IMG/VR virus record: IMGVR_UViG_3300021108_000010
Coordinates: 1 to 25,983 of that record
DNA: 25,983 bases
Origin: a virus
Taxonomy: Duplodnaviria > Caudoviricetes
Strand: one strand, 5' to 3'
Part shown: piece after piece, positions 1 to 9,448 of the stretch
Layout: every line of letters begins with the position of its first letter
How positions within the stretch are numbered: the stretch's first letter is position 1
Program-made: the position numbers and the translations under genes
The notes under the pieces: model-generated
Database searches by the model: none
Seen by the model: only the letters and a program-made list of their open reading frames with translations
Told to the model about the DNA's origin: nothing

Positions 1-1482
1 ACTCGTCTTGGGGATGTTCAAATGGGCAACGTCCTTAATCTTAATGGTTGGCAAGAAAGTATCGCGACAACGTTGTTCAGGGGTATTGAGTTTCACTCTG
101 TAGGCGATAGAAGTTATTATATTGGTAAGCCAGCAGGAGCCTGGACACAGCCGCTAGAGATTCACTTCTTTACGGGTATTCGATATAGAGCGCATCTTAG
201 TTATGGTGGACATCAATTTTATGATATTAATGATGGTGCTTTAAAGTTTAGCATCTCTAATGGCAGTAATATTGTTTCATCTGCTGTTGCTTTTCATGCA
301 CCTATCTTCTACGACAGTAACGATACTACTTATTATATTGACGCTGCCAGCACATCTAATTTAAATGGTTTAACTGTCGCCGCGACAATTACTGGAAGCA
401 TTACTGGTAATGCCGGAACAGCCACCAGCGCTACATCTGCAAATTACGTAGGTACAACTAGAGATACTCCATCTAGTTCATTGCAATATTGGCAGGCTTC
501 TGGTCTTGGTTCAACTGAGGCACCTAACGGCGATTGGCATAACACAATAAGAATGGGACATGGATCTCCGCTATCTTATTATAGCAGCACATTAGCTATT
601 CGTATGACCGGCGCTGGTTTAGGGGACATATACACCCAGAACATTACGGCCGGTACCCCGCAAGGATGGAAAAAACATTGGAATGACGGAAACGATGGCT
701 CTGGATCTGGTCTAGACGCGGACTTGCTCGATGGAAAACATGCATCCGATGCAGTTGGCGTCAATACAGTTGTGACACGTGATGCAAGTAATTATACTTA
801 CCTTAGCTATATCAATAGCAGCACTGGTACTAATGAAAACCCGACTATCTCACAAATTATTACTACTAATAATAGTGATGCATTTTATAGAAAGTCATCA
901 TTAGCACATCTAGCAACTTCTTTAGGTCCAAATGGTATAACGTGGACAGGTACACAGTATTTCCAATCCAATAGAGATACTACAAGTAACAGCCCACCGT
1001 TACAAGCATATTCAACTTCTGGTGGTGCAATTATGTCTTTCCACAGAGCTGGCATATATGCTATTAATATGGGTCTTGATTCTGATAACATATTTAGAAT
1101 TGCTGGTTGGTCGGCGGCTGCCAATGCTTTCCAAATGGATGGTTCTGGTAACCTTACTATGTTGGGTAACGTTACAGCGTACTCAGATATTCGTAAGAAA
1201 AAAGATATCACAACTATTGAAAATGCTTTAGATATGGTAAGTCGTATGCGTGGTGTACGATTCAGACGTATTGATACTGATCAAGTAGGCGTGGGCGTCA
1301 TTGCTCAAGAGATGCTCGAAGTGCTTCCAGAAGTAGTACAACAGGGTATTGGTAATGACGACACTATGTCTGTTGCATATGGAAATATCGTTGGTGTACT
1401 AATTGAAGCAATCAAGGAACAACAAGCTCATATAAATAAACTTGAAACCAAAATCAACTCATTCGAACAGAGGTTAATATGA
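1..1482 (+). CDS. Long tail fibre protein, 3' part (5'-truncated by the window), with C-terminal intramolecular chaperone (peptidase S74) domain
   Basis: Frame is open from base 1, so the start at 22 is probably internal. Fibre motifs FHAPIFYDSNDTTYYID and NDGSGSGLDADLLDG are present. The C-terminus YSDIRKKKDI...GVIAQE...VAYGNIVGVLIEAIKEQ plus coiled coil is a typical S74 domain. Confidence 0.85.
   Translation, partial: TRLGDVQMGNVLNLNGWQESIATTLFRGIEFHSVGDRSYYIGKPAGAWTQPLEIHFFTGIRYRAHLSYGGHQFYDINDGALKFSISNGSNIVSSAVAFHAPIFYDSNDTTYYIDAASTSNLNGLTVAATITGSITGNAGTATSATSANYVGTTRDTPSSSLQYWQASGLGSTEAPNGDWHNTIRMGHGSPLSYYSSTLAIRMTGAGLGDIYTQNITAGTPQGWKKHWNDGNDGSGSGLDADLLDGKHASDAVGVNTVVTRDASNYTYLSYINSSTGTNENPTISQIITTNNSDAFYRKSSLAHLATSLGPNGITWTGTQYFQSNRDTTSNSPPLQAYSTSGGAIMSFHRAGIYAINMGLDSDNIFRIAGWSAAANAFQMDGSGNLTMLGNVTAYSDIRKKKDITTIENALDMVSRMRGVRFRRIDTDQVGVGVIAQEMLEVLPEVVQQGIGNDDTMSVAYGNIVGVLIEAIKEQQAHINKLETKINSFEQRLI
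1431..1438 (+). promoter_or_regulatory. T4-type late promoter TATAAATA inside the fibre 3' end
   Basis: Exact TATAAATA 40 nt upstream of the ATG at 1479. Confidence 0.6.
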
Positions 1483-1877
1483 CATTCGCATACACGTGGA
1501 AAATTACAAGTCTGAAGAAGCAGGACGATCCTTCTGCAGAACTTAATGATATCATCGTCCAGACATACTGGGAATGCAAGGGGATCGATGTATACGGCAA
1601 TGCCGGAACATTCAGCGGCGCAACGCCCTTTGAACCAGATATGGTGGATGCCGATAATTTTACTACATACGAAGATCTGACAGAGACTCAGGTTCTTAGT
1701 TGGATCCAAGATGTAGTAAATAACAACTCTGGATACAAAACTCATATTGATGAGCAGATCCAGAAACAGATTGATGCAATCGTAAGACCAATGGTCGATG
1801 TTGCTTCAAGTGCCCTACCATGGGCAGAACCAGGTGAAGAACCTGTAATACCACCAACCCCAATCGCAAATACATAA
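1479..1877 (+). CDS. Hypothetical tail-fibre-associated protein
   Basis: ATGA-style overlap with the fibre stop and a GAGG RBS. The YTWKI...W...G.FSG...F..YEDLTE.QVLSW...LPW pattern resembles small proteins I recall next to S74 fibres. Confidence 0.65.
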   Translation: MTFAYTWKITSLKKQDDPSAELNDIIVQTYWECKGIDVYGNAGTFSGATPFEPDMVDADNFTTYEDLTETQVLSWIQDVVNNNSGYKTHIDEQIQKQIDAIVRPMVDVASSALPWAEPGEEPVIPPTPIANT

Positions 1878-1892
1878 TTAGGAGAATATATT

Positions 1893-2087
1893 ATGGCTAC
1901 TAATCCAGAACTAGATGCAAAGCTTGCTGAAAATCAGCAGACTCAACCGGTTCCTACTGTAACTCTTACAGTTGATATCAATGAATTGAATCTTATGATG
2001 GGTGGACTACAAGAACTTCCACACCGCGTAGTTGATCCACTTCTTAAGAAACTGTTTCAACAGGCACAAGCACAGCTTCAACAGTAA
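1893..2087 (+). CDS. Small hypothetical helical protein (possible fibre assembly chaperone)
   Basis: Strong AGGAGA RBS; 64 aa ending in a Gln-rich helix; operonic spacing. Confidence 0.65.
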   Translation: MATNPELDAKLAENQQTQPVPTVTLTVDINELNLMMGGLQELPHRVVDPLLKKLFQQAQAQLQQ

Positions 2088-2090
2088 CAC

Positions 2091-2546
2091 ATGACTCTTC
2101 CTAGTACCGGACCTATATCACTAGCTAACGTCAATGTTGAGCTTGGACTATCGTCGACGACGAATATCTCCTTGAATCAGACAAACGTTCGAACGCTAGC
2201 TGGTGTACCGTCCGGTACTATTTCCTTGTCAAACCTGTACGGTAAATCCAATGCACTGGCTATAACTATTAGCCCATCAAGTTTGTATACCACGCGATCG
2301 GGCGCAGGTAGTGTTACTAGTGCTGCTGCCACAGGTAGTGGTACCGGTGGTGCTGGAGGATATACATATGCTTGGACATATGTATCTGGTAGCAGTTATA
2401 CAATCAACAGTTCGACATCTGCATCAACCACATTCACTACCAATTTAGTTGCCGAGCAATACAAGTCAGGTGTCTACCGTTGTACTGTGACAAGTGGAGG
2501 TGTTACAGCATCCGCAGATATACAAGTAGATTTTGAATCGTTTTAA
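2091..2546 (+). CDS. Putative fibre-tip adhesin: N-terminal attachment-like module plus C-terminal Ig/PKD-like beta-sandwich
   Basis: N-terminus MTLPSTGPISL..VNVELG...ISL...VR.LAG..SG.ISLS.LYGKS is a recurrent phage fibre-accessory motif. The Ser/Thr/Gly-rich C-terminus contains YTYAW and GVYRCTVT strands. Confidence 0.6.
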   Translation: MTLPSTGPISLANVNVELGLSSTTNISLNQTNVRTLAGVPSGTISLSNLYGKSNALAITISPSSLYTTRSGAGSVTSAAATGSGTGGAGGYTYAWTYVSGSSYTINSSTSASTTFTTNLVAEQYKSGVYRCTVTSGGVTASADIQVDFESF

Positions 2547-2589
2547 TAGTAATACACTAACATGATATCTGTTCACAATTGATATATTC

Positions 2590-2617
2590 ATTATACACAC
2601 TTCTGGGATTTTGTACA
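2590..2617 (-). promoter_or_regulatory. Putative sigma70-type promoter, antisense (TGTACA-N16-TATAAT)
   Basis: Minus strand reads agaTGTACAaaatcccagaagtgtgTATAATgaat, matching the motif seen three times on the + strand. Confidence 0.5.
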
Positions 2618-2640
2618 TCTAATAATGAGCATGGGCGTAT

Positions 2641-2648
2641 TATAAATA
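2641..2648 (+). promoter_or_regulatory. T4-type late promoter for gp13
   Basis: Exact TATAAATA upstream of AGAGG RBS and ATG 2667. Confidence 0.85.
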
Positions 2649-2666
2649 TAAGCAAAAGAGGTTACC

Positions 2667-3410
2667 ATGGCAGCACCAACTACAAAAGAAACATTCAAAC
2701 AGTATTGCCTTCGTAAACTCGGAGCTCCAGTAATTGAAATCAACGTTGACGATGACCAAGTAGATGATCGTATCGATGAGGCTATTCGCTACTACTGGGA
2801 CTATCACTTTGATGGTTCTGATAAGATCTACTATAAGCATATTGTAACAGAGACAGATGTACTCAATAAGTATATCACCCTTCCAGAGAACATTATCGGT
2901 GCCGTTAGTATCTTCGCAATTGGCGATCCATCTATCCGTGCTGATGATCTTTTCAATATTAGATACCAGATCGCATTGAACGATCTCTATACCCTGACAA
3001 ACGTGTCAATCGTTCCATACTATATGGTCATGGAGCATCTGGCACTTCTGACTGAGATGCTTGTCGGTAAACAACCGATTCGTTATACTCGTCATAAGAA
3101 TAGACTCTATGTCGATACGGATTGGAACACTCTTAAGGTTGGAATGTTCCTACTGGTAGAGGCGTACGAGGTTATAGATCCGAACATATACACTGATGCA
3201 TGGAATGATCGTTGGCTTCAGAACTATGCTACTGTCCTTATCAAGGAACAGTGGGGATCGAATCTGACCAAATTCACCGGCATGAATCTGCCTGGCGGTG
3301 TACAGTTCAATGGTGAGAAGATTTACAACGATGCAGTCGACGCAAGAACCAAGATGGAGCAGGAGATGATCTCTAGCTTCTCCCTTCCGGTTCTTGATAT
3401 GATCGGATAA
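2667..3410 (+). CDS. gp13: Neck protein gp13
   Basis: YCLRKLGAPVIEINVDDDQVDDRIDEA...YHFDG and QWGSNLTKF...LPGGVQFNG motifs; synteny. Confidence 0.93.
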   Translation: MAAPTTKETFKQYCLRKLGAPVIEINVDDDQVDDRIDEAIRYYWDYHFDGSDKIYYKHIVTETDVLNKYITLPENIIGAVSIFAIGDPSIRADDLFNIRYQIALNDLYTLTNVSIVPYYMVMEHLALLTEMLVGKQPIRYTRHKNRLYVDTDWNTLKVGMFLLVEAYEVIDPNIYTDAWNDRWLQNYATVLIKEQWGSNLTKFTGMNLPGGVQFNGEKIYNDAVDARTKMEQEMISSFSLPVLDMIG

Positions 3411-3414
3411 GATC

Positions 3415-4143
3415 TTGGGCACCAATTTCTATTTCAATAATTTCAAGAACAGCCAGGAGCAGGTCCTGATTGAAGACTTGGTCATGGAATCTATCAAGAT
3501 CTATGGTCATGACATGTATTATTGTCCTAGAACGTTGGTAGCCAAAGATGATATCTACGGCGAGGATGCACTATCCGAATATAACAACTCCTACTACATC
3601 GATCTTTACATTCGTAGCTATGATACCTATGAGGGTGATGGAACGTTCCTTTCAAAGTTCAATCTAGAAATCAGAGACCAGATGACACTTACTGTCTCTG
3701 TTCGTAACTTCATGAACGAGGTTGGCAGTCTAGAAGGAATCATCCGCCCACAGGAAGGTGATCTAATCTATATTCCTATGGTCGATCGTATCATGGTAAT
3801 TAAGTATGTGAACAAGACACCTATCTTCTATCAGATGGGTTCTATTCAAATGTATGATCTTACGTGTGAGATCTTTGAGTACAGTTCTGAAAGACTCAAC
3901 ACCGGCATAGAAGCAATCGATAGTATTGAAAAGAAAAACAGTATCGTTATGGAGACGTATGGTCTCCTTACAAACGATGGATTTGTTATCGTAGATCAAG
4001 ATGGATTTGAAATCATCCAATCTAATTACAATTTTGAAACACAAGCCGGCGATTCGTACGAGGATAATACTGAGTTCCAACTCGAGGGCGAAGCAATTCT
4101 TGATTGGTCACAAATTGATCCTTTCAGTGAAGGGAAAATTTAA
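3415..4143 (+). CDS. gp14: Neck protein gp14 (head completion)
   Basis: N.YF...EQ.LIEDLV.ESIKIYG.D.YY.PR, FLSKF.LEIRD, RP.EGDLIY.P, FYQ.G motifs; TTG start. Confidence 0.9.
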   Translation: MGTNFYFNNFKNSQEQVLIEDLVMESIKIYGHDMYYCPRTLVAKDDIYGEDALSEYNNSYYIDLYIRSYDTYEGDGTFLSKFNLEIRDQMTLTVSVRNFMNEVGSLEGIIRPQEGDLIYIPMVDRIMVIKYVNKTPIFYQMGSIQMYDLTCEIFEYSSERLNTGIEAIDSIEKKNSIVMETYGLLTNDGFVIVDQDGFEIIQSNYNFETQAGDSYEDNTEFQLEGEAILDWSQIDPFSEGKI

Positions 4144-4144
4144 A

Positions 4145-4975
4145 ATGTTCGGTAGTACATTTCATCACAACACACTAAGAAAATATGTAATCCTTTTCGG
4201 AACGGTTTTCAATAACATCTATGTCACACGACAAGATACTGCCGGTGAAACAATTCAGACCTTGAAGGTTCCATTGTCGTATGGCCCAAAGGAAAAGTTC
4301 TTGGCTCGTCTAGAAGGTAACCCGGATCTAGACAACAAGATTGCTATCACAGTTCCACGTATCTCATTCGAGATGACAACATTTCAGTATGACGGTGAAC
4401 GCAAACTCAATACACTGAATCGTAAGGTAAAGAATAATAAGAGTCTATACCAACCAGTTCCTTATAATATCTCCTTCCAGATGTCAATCATCGTTAAGAA
4501 TGCCGAGGATGGAACGAAGATCGTAGAACAGATCCTTCCATACTTCACTCCAGAGTGGACTGCATCTGTGCACCTTATTCCAAGTATGGAAGACGACCCA
4601 TGGGATATTCCTATTATTCTCAACAATATCTCCAGTGAGGATACTTACGAGGGCAACTTTGATACTCGCCGCGCCATTATCTGGACGTTAGACTTTACCA
4701 TAAAAGGATATCTGTTCGGACCGGATAAGAAGATCGGCTCAGGAGATGGAACAGACGGCGGTATTATCAAGTATATCGATGTGAATATCAGACCGACTGC
4801 AAATGTAACAACTGCCAATACAACAAACACGGCCACAACTGAAATAGTTCATGTCTTTCCTGGGTTAACAGCAAATGGGCAGCCTACATCCAACGCTGCA
4901 TTATCTATTGATTGGGCTCTAATTAATGCAGATGATAACTATGGATTTATTCATGAGTTCGAAAGTAATGTATAA
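4145..4975 (+). CDS. gp15: Tail sheath stabiliser / tail terminator gp15
   Basis: MFG..F.H..LRKYVILFGTVFNNI, KVPLSYGPKEKFLARL and QILPYFTPE motifs. True start is ATG 4145, not 4001, which would overlap gp14. Confidence 0.92.
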   Translation: MFGSTFHHNTLRKYVILFGTVFNNIYVTRQDTAGETIQTLKVPLSYGPKEKFLARLEGNPDLDNKIAITVPRISFEMTTFQYDGERKLNTLNRKVKNNKSLYQPVPYNISFQMSIIVKNAEDGTKIVEQILPYFTPEWTASVHLIPSMEDDPWDIPIILNNISSEDTYEGNFDTRRAIIWTLDFTIKGYLFGPDKKIGSGDGTDGGIIKYIDVNIRPTANVTTANTTNTATTEIVHVFPGLTANGQPTSNAALSIDWALINADDNYGFIHEFESNV

Positions 4976-5373
4976 TGAAAAAGTTAAATGACATTTTAAA
5001 TATTCAACCAGATAGTAACAGACAGTTTCTTCCAATGGTACATGATAAACCAACAGACTCTACAGTGCAAGATGATTTTGACTATGCACGTGAGAATTTA
5101 ATGGATGTAATTGGTAAAGGCCAAGAGGCATTATTTGATCTGATGGACGTTGCAAGGCAATCACAGCATCCAAGGGCATATGAAGTTCTATCTACTCTGA
5201 TGAATACCATGGTCGGTGCTAGCAAAGATCTTCTGGAGTTGCAGGCCAAGAAAAAGAAACTTATGGATTCAGATCCTGCTGCTAATACTCAGCAGGTGAC
5301 CAATAATCTATTTGTAGGGTCAACTATGGAACTACAACAGATGCTGGATCAAAGAAAAAATAAGAACGATTGA
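4975..5373 (+). CDS. gp16: Terminase small subunit gp16
   Basis: DFDYARENL, QHPRAYEVL and NNLFVGST.ELQ motifs; directly before gp17. Confidence 0.92.
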   Translation: MKKLNDILNIQPDSNRQFLPMVHDKPTDSTVQDDFDYARENLMDVIGKGQEALFDLMDVARQSQHPRAYEVLSTLMNTMVGASKDLLELQAKKKKLMDSDPAANTQQVTNNLFVGSTMELQQMLDQRKNKND

Positions 5374-7028
5374 TGTTTGAATCTATTAGAAAAGCTTTTG
5401 ATAAGGGTTATAACGGCAACCCGTTACTTAAAAAAGCCAGGAAGAAGATTGAATGGACGGCTGATCAGGTTGAAGAATGGCTTAAATGTGCTGAGGATCC
5501 AATCTACTTTGCCGAACGTTATATCAAGATTGTTCACGTTGATCACGGTCTAATAAAGATAAAGCTTTATGATTATCAAAAAGAAATCATTGATAAACTA
5601 ACTAACAATCGTCGCGTTACCGTTGTCACGAGTCGTCAGGCTGGTAAGACTACTACGGCTGCTGCAATCATCCTCCACTATATCCTATTCAATGAACACA
5701 AGACTGTAGCACTTCTTGCCAATAAAGGTGACGCTGCTCGAGAGATCTTGGATCGTGTAAAGTTATCGTACGAATCGCTTCCTGACTGGCTTCAGCAGGG
5801 TGTTGTGGAGTGGAACAAGGGATCGATTGAACTAGAGAATGGCTGTAAGGTTCTTGCTGCTGCAACCAGTTCATCTGCTATTCGCGGTAAGTCTATCTCG
5901 CTGCTGTACATCGATGAAGCTGCGTTCGTTGAGAACTGGGATGAGTTCTTCGCATCTGTTTTCCCAACCATCTCATCCGGTGAAACAACTAAGATTCTGT
6001 TCACATCTACTCCGAATGGTCTGAATCATTTCTATAAGACATGTAATGGTGCTAAGGAAGGTACCAATGGATACCAATATGTCGAGGTTCCCTGGCAGAT
6101 GGTTCCTGGACGCAATGATGCGTGGAAGCAAGAAACGCTCGGAGCCATGGACTTTGACTACGAGAAGTTTGCACAGGAATTTGAATGTGCATGGCTCGGT
6201 TCATCTGGTACACTAATCTCTGGTGCTGTACTTAAGACGCTGACTGCGCAACGTCCACTGTTATCAGTCAATGGGTTGACAACATACTTCCTTCCTGAGA
6301 AGGAACATCGGTATGTCATGACGTGTGATGTCTCGCATGGTAAAGGTCTTGACTACTCTGCATTCCAGGTAATTGATGTCACTCAGATGCCGTACAATCA
6401 AGTATGCGTATACAAGAGTAACGTGACTCCCCCTGCAGAGTATACTCAGACCATTCATCAAACATCATTACAATACAATAATGCTGTGATCCTTGTCGAA
6501 ATTAATGACATCGGATTGACGGTTGCTGATGCCCTCTACATCGACTACGAGTCTGATAACCTGATCTTTACCGAGAAGGCAGGTCCTAAGGGCAAAAGAA
6601 TCTCTGCTGGTTTTAATAAGAACGCTGAACGTGGATTAAAACAAACTGCAGTTACTAAGACGGTTGGTTGTTCGTTGCTTAAGTTATTAATCGAACAATA
6701 CCAGTTAGTCATTAATGATCATGATACTATATACGAACTATCTAGATTCTCTAAGAAGAATTCTTCATATGAAGCAGAGTCTGGTGCTCACGACGATCTT
6801 GTTATGGCCTTGGTATTGTTTGCTTGGATGTCTAATCAACAATACTTTAAGGACTTTACAGATATTAATACATTATTAAGACTTAGAAACAGAACAGATG
6901 AGGATCTTGACAACGAGATGTTTTCATTCTTTATGGATAATGGTCGTGAATTGATTGAACCGGATGCAACCGAGATTGTTGATCTTACTCAAACGTGGAA
7001 TCCTGATTTCAAGGGCCTGTTTGCGTAA
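5373..7028 (+). CDS. gp17: Terminase large subunit gp17
   Basis: YNGNPLLKK; Walker A SRQAGKTT; LYIDEAAF; STPNG; nuclease DVSHGKGLDYSAF and HDDLVMAL. No intein or intron evident. Confidence 0.96.
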   Translation: MFESIRKAFDKGYNGNPLLKKARKKIEWTADQVEEWLKCAEDPIYFAERYIKIVHVDHGLIKIKLYDYQKEIIDKLTNNRRVTVVTSRQAGKTTTAAAIILHYILFNEHKTVALLANKGDAAREILDRVKLSYESLPDWLQQGVVEWNKGSIELENGCKVLAAATSSSAIRGKSISLLYIDEAAFVENWDEFFASVFPTISSGETTKILFTSTPNGLNHFYKTCNGAKEGTNGYQYVEVPWQMVPGRNDAWKQETLGAMDFDYEKFAQEFECAWLGSSGTLISGAVLKTLTAQRPLLSVNGLTTYFLPEKEHRYVMTCDVSHGKGLDYSAFQVIDVTQMPYNQVCVYKSNVTPPAEYTQTIHQTSLQYNNAVILVEINDIGLTVADALYIDYESDNLIFTEKAGPKGKRISAGFNKNAERGLKQTAVTKTVGCSLLKLLIEQYQLVINDHDTIYELSRFSKKNSSYEAESGAHDDLVMALVLFAWMSNQQYFKDFTDINTLLRLRNRTDEDLDNEMFSFFMDNGRELIEPDATEIVDLTQTWNPDFKGLFA

Positions 7029-7039
7029 TCTGGTCATAT

Positions 7040-7047
7040 TATAAATA
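7040..7047 (+). promoter_or_regulatory. T4-type late promoter for gp18
   Basis: Exact TATAAATA in the gp17-gp18 gap. Confidence 0.85.
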
Positions 7048-7092
7048 AAAGCAAAAGTACTGGTTAAACACCTTCGATAGGGAGAGATTACA

Positions 7093-9420
7093 ATGGCGTT
7101 TCAAGTCAGCCCTGGAATTAACGTTTCCGAGATTGATCTTACAACAACCGTACCGGCTTTAGCAACCACTGTTGGTGCTATTGGCGGTGTGTTTCGTTGG
7201 GGACCAATCGGAAAGTTCATTCTAGTAGATTCGGAAAATACTCTGGCGGCCCGTTATGGCAAGCCAACTTCAGACAACTACGAAACATTCTTCACTGCGG
7301 CTAACTTCCTTGCTTATGGTAACGCACTTTATGTTTCACGCGCTGCTGTAACAACTGGGTTTTCAAACACGGTTGCCGCGGCGTCTGCTAATTTAACTGC
7401 AACTACCGCTGTTACTCTTGTAGGTAATACATACGGTGTTGCTGCAGGTCAGGCAGTATTTGGTGCTGGTATCCCAGATGATACCTATGTTTCTACTGCT
7501 ACAATCGCTGCTGGAAACACAAACCTAGTTCTTACCAAAGCTGCAACATCCGATGTTGATGCACAACTCAACTTCTATGCAAATACACTTGCACTGAACG
7601 CAGTTGCTAATAGTGGCGTAGTTGCTCTTGCAAGTAATATCGTAAAGAATGCTGATGACTTTGAAAACAAGGGTCCATCGAACGCTACATTTGTAAATAC
7701 ACAGTTTGTAGCTCGTTATCCTGGTGATCTTGGTAACTCACTTCGCGTGTCGATGTGCTCTTCTCCAAATCAGTATAGTCGTGCTATTAATATGCTCAGC
7801 AATACAAGCGTTGGTGTTGCAACAAAGCTAAATCAGCTTACATCGGCTGATATTAGCATTGTAGTTAATTCTTCTACAGCTAACGTCGTTCTTAATTGGA
7901 TCGAACCTGGTATCGGTGGTGGTAACCTTACCTTTGCTGAAGCCAAGGCCGCTGCAAATACAATTCTACAATCACTATCAGTTGGTGACTATGTTGAACT
8001 TGGAAATAGCACTGTCGGCACACAGACTCTTAAGATTAAGTCGCTTCCAACTGTAACATCTGAATCTGGTGTTCAGTATGCATTCTTCCCAATTACTTTC
8101 GAAGATACATGGAATCGCGCTTCTAACTTTAGCTCGAATACAGTCTCACGCAAGTGGGAATTCTTCAACACTGTTGCAACTGCTCCGGGTACATCACAAT
8201 ATCTATCAGATCGTGGTCTAACTACAGTCGATCAGGTAAGTGTTGTAGTTGTAGATGAAGATGGTAAGTTCACTGGCACACCAGGGACGGTCCTTGAAGT
8301 TTACGAAGATCTATCTCGCGCAACTGATGCTATCGGCGAAGATGGTACAACTACATTCTTTAAGACGGTTATCAACGATAACTCACGTTATGTGTGGTCT
8401 ACCAATGATCGTGCTGAAGCTGCATCTGATCTTGCAGCTAGCCTTTCTAATTCAACAACAACAATTCCATATTACAAGTCATTCATTGGTGGTCGTGATG
8501 GTGTAACAGAAAGCACAGCAACAATTGCTTCGCTTGCATCTGCTTATGATTTGTTCGCCGATTCTTCATCGGTTGATGTATCTCTGCTGATGACTGGTAA
8601 AGCAATGGGTGCATCTAATGGTGCTCAGTTAGCTAACTATCTGATCGACAATATCGCCGACGTCCGCAAGGATTGTGTGGTATTTGTATCGCCTGATAAG
8701 GCTGATGTTGTTGGTGCTTCTGCAGAAGGATCGCAGGCTTCTAATATTGTGATATTCCGCCAGAGTGTACGTAACAGTTCATATGCATTCATTGATTCGG
8801 GTTATAAGTATCAGTACGATAGATACAATGATGTTTATCGTTATGTACCACTTAATGGTGATGTTGCAGGTCTAACTGCTCGCTCAGATAATCTTCGCGA
8901 CCCATGGTTCTCGCCTGCTGGTTATAATCGTGGTCAGATCAAGAACCTTGTCAAGCTAGCCTACAGCCCAAGCAAGACAGATCGCGATCTTCTGTACAAG
9001 AATGATATCAATCCTGTGATTACGCAGCCAGGCCAAGGAACAATTCTGTTCGGTGATAAGACTGCTTTGGGTCGTCCAAGTGCATTCGATCGTATCAACG
9101 TACGCCGTCTCTTTATCACTCTCGAAAAAACAATTGCCACTGCTGCAAATCAGATGCTATTTGAGTTCAATGATGAATTTACAAGAGCACAATTCCTGAA
9201 TCTGATCGAGCCATTCCTCCGTGATATCCAAGGCCGCCGTGGTATCACTGACTTCCGCGTTGTTTGCGATGAAACAAATAACACTGCAGAAGTTATTGAC
9301 ACTAATCGCTTTGTTGGTGACATTTACATCAAGCCTGCTAAGAGCATCAACTTCATCCAGTTGAACTTTGTTGCTGTAAGGTCTGGTGTAGAGTTCAATG
9401 AAGTCGTTGGCCAGTTCTAA
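7093..9420 (+). CDS. gp18: Contractile tail sheath protein gp18
   Basis: MAFQVSPGINVSEIDLT start; PWFSPAGYNRG; FDRINVRRLF; IKPAKSINFIQLNFVA. Confidence 0.96.
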   Translation: MAFQVSPGINVSEIDLTTTVPALATTVGAIGGVFRWGPIGKFILVDSENTLAARYGKPTSDNYETFFTAANFLAYGNALYVSRAAVTTGFSNTVAAASANLTATTAVTLVGNTYGVAAGQAVFGAGIPDDTYVSTATIAAGNTNLVLTKAATSDVDAQLNFYANTLALNAVANSGVVALASNIVKNADDFENKGPSNATFVNTQFVARYPGDLGNSLRVSMCSSPNQYSRAINMLSNTSVGVATKLNQLTSADISIVVNSSTANVVLNWIEPGIGGGNLTFAEAKAAANTILQSLSVGDYVELGNSTVGTQTLKIKSLPTVTSESGVQYAFFPITFEDTWNRASNFSSNTVSRKWEFFNTVATAPGTSQYLSDRGLTTVDQVSVVVVDEDGKFTGTPGTVLEVYEDLSRATDAIGEDGTTTFFKTVINDNSRYVWSTNDRAEAASDLAASLSNSTTTIPYYKSFIGGRDGVTESTATIASLASAYDLFADSSSVDVSLLMTGKAMGASNGAQLANYLIDNIADVRKDCVVFVSPDKADVVGASAEGSQASNIVIFRQSVRNSSYAFIDSGYKYQYDRYNDVYRYVPLNGDVAGLTARSDNLRDPWFSPAGYNRGQIKNLVKLAYSPSKTDRDLLYKNDINPVITQPGQGTILFGDKTALGRPSAFDRINVRRLFITLEKTIATAANQMLFEFNDEFTRAQFLNLIEPFLRDIQGRRGITDFRVVCDETNNTAEVIDTNRFVGDIYIKPAKSINFIQLNFVAVRSGVEFNEVVGQF

Positions 9421-9426
9421 TAAATA
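9419..9426 (+). promoter_or_regulatory. Late promoter variant AATAAATA for gp19
   Basis: One mismatch to TATAAATA, overlaps the gp18 stop, upstream of an AGGAG RBS. Confidence 0.6.
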
Positions 9427-9448
9427 AAAGAAACTAGGAGAAAAGAAA

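Noticed and set aside
4001-4144. N-terminal extension of gp15 in the ORF track (start 4001)
   Set aside because: Overlaps gp14 by about 140 nt; the family N-terminus MFG begins at 4145
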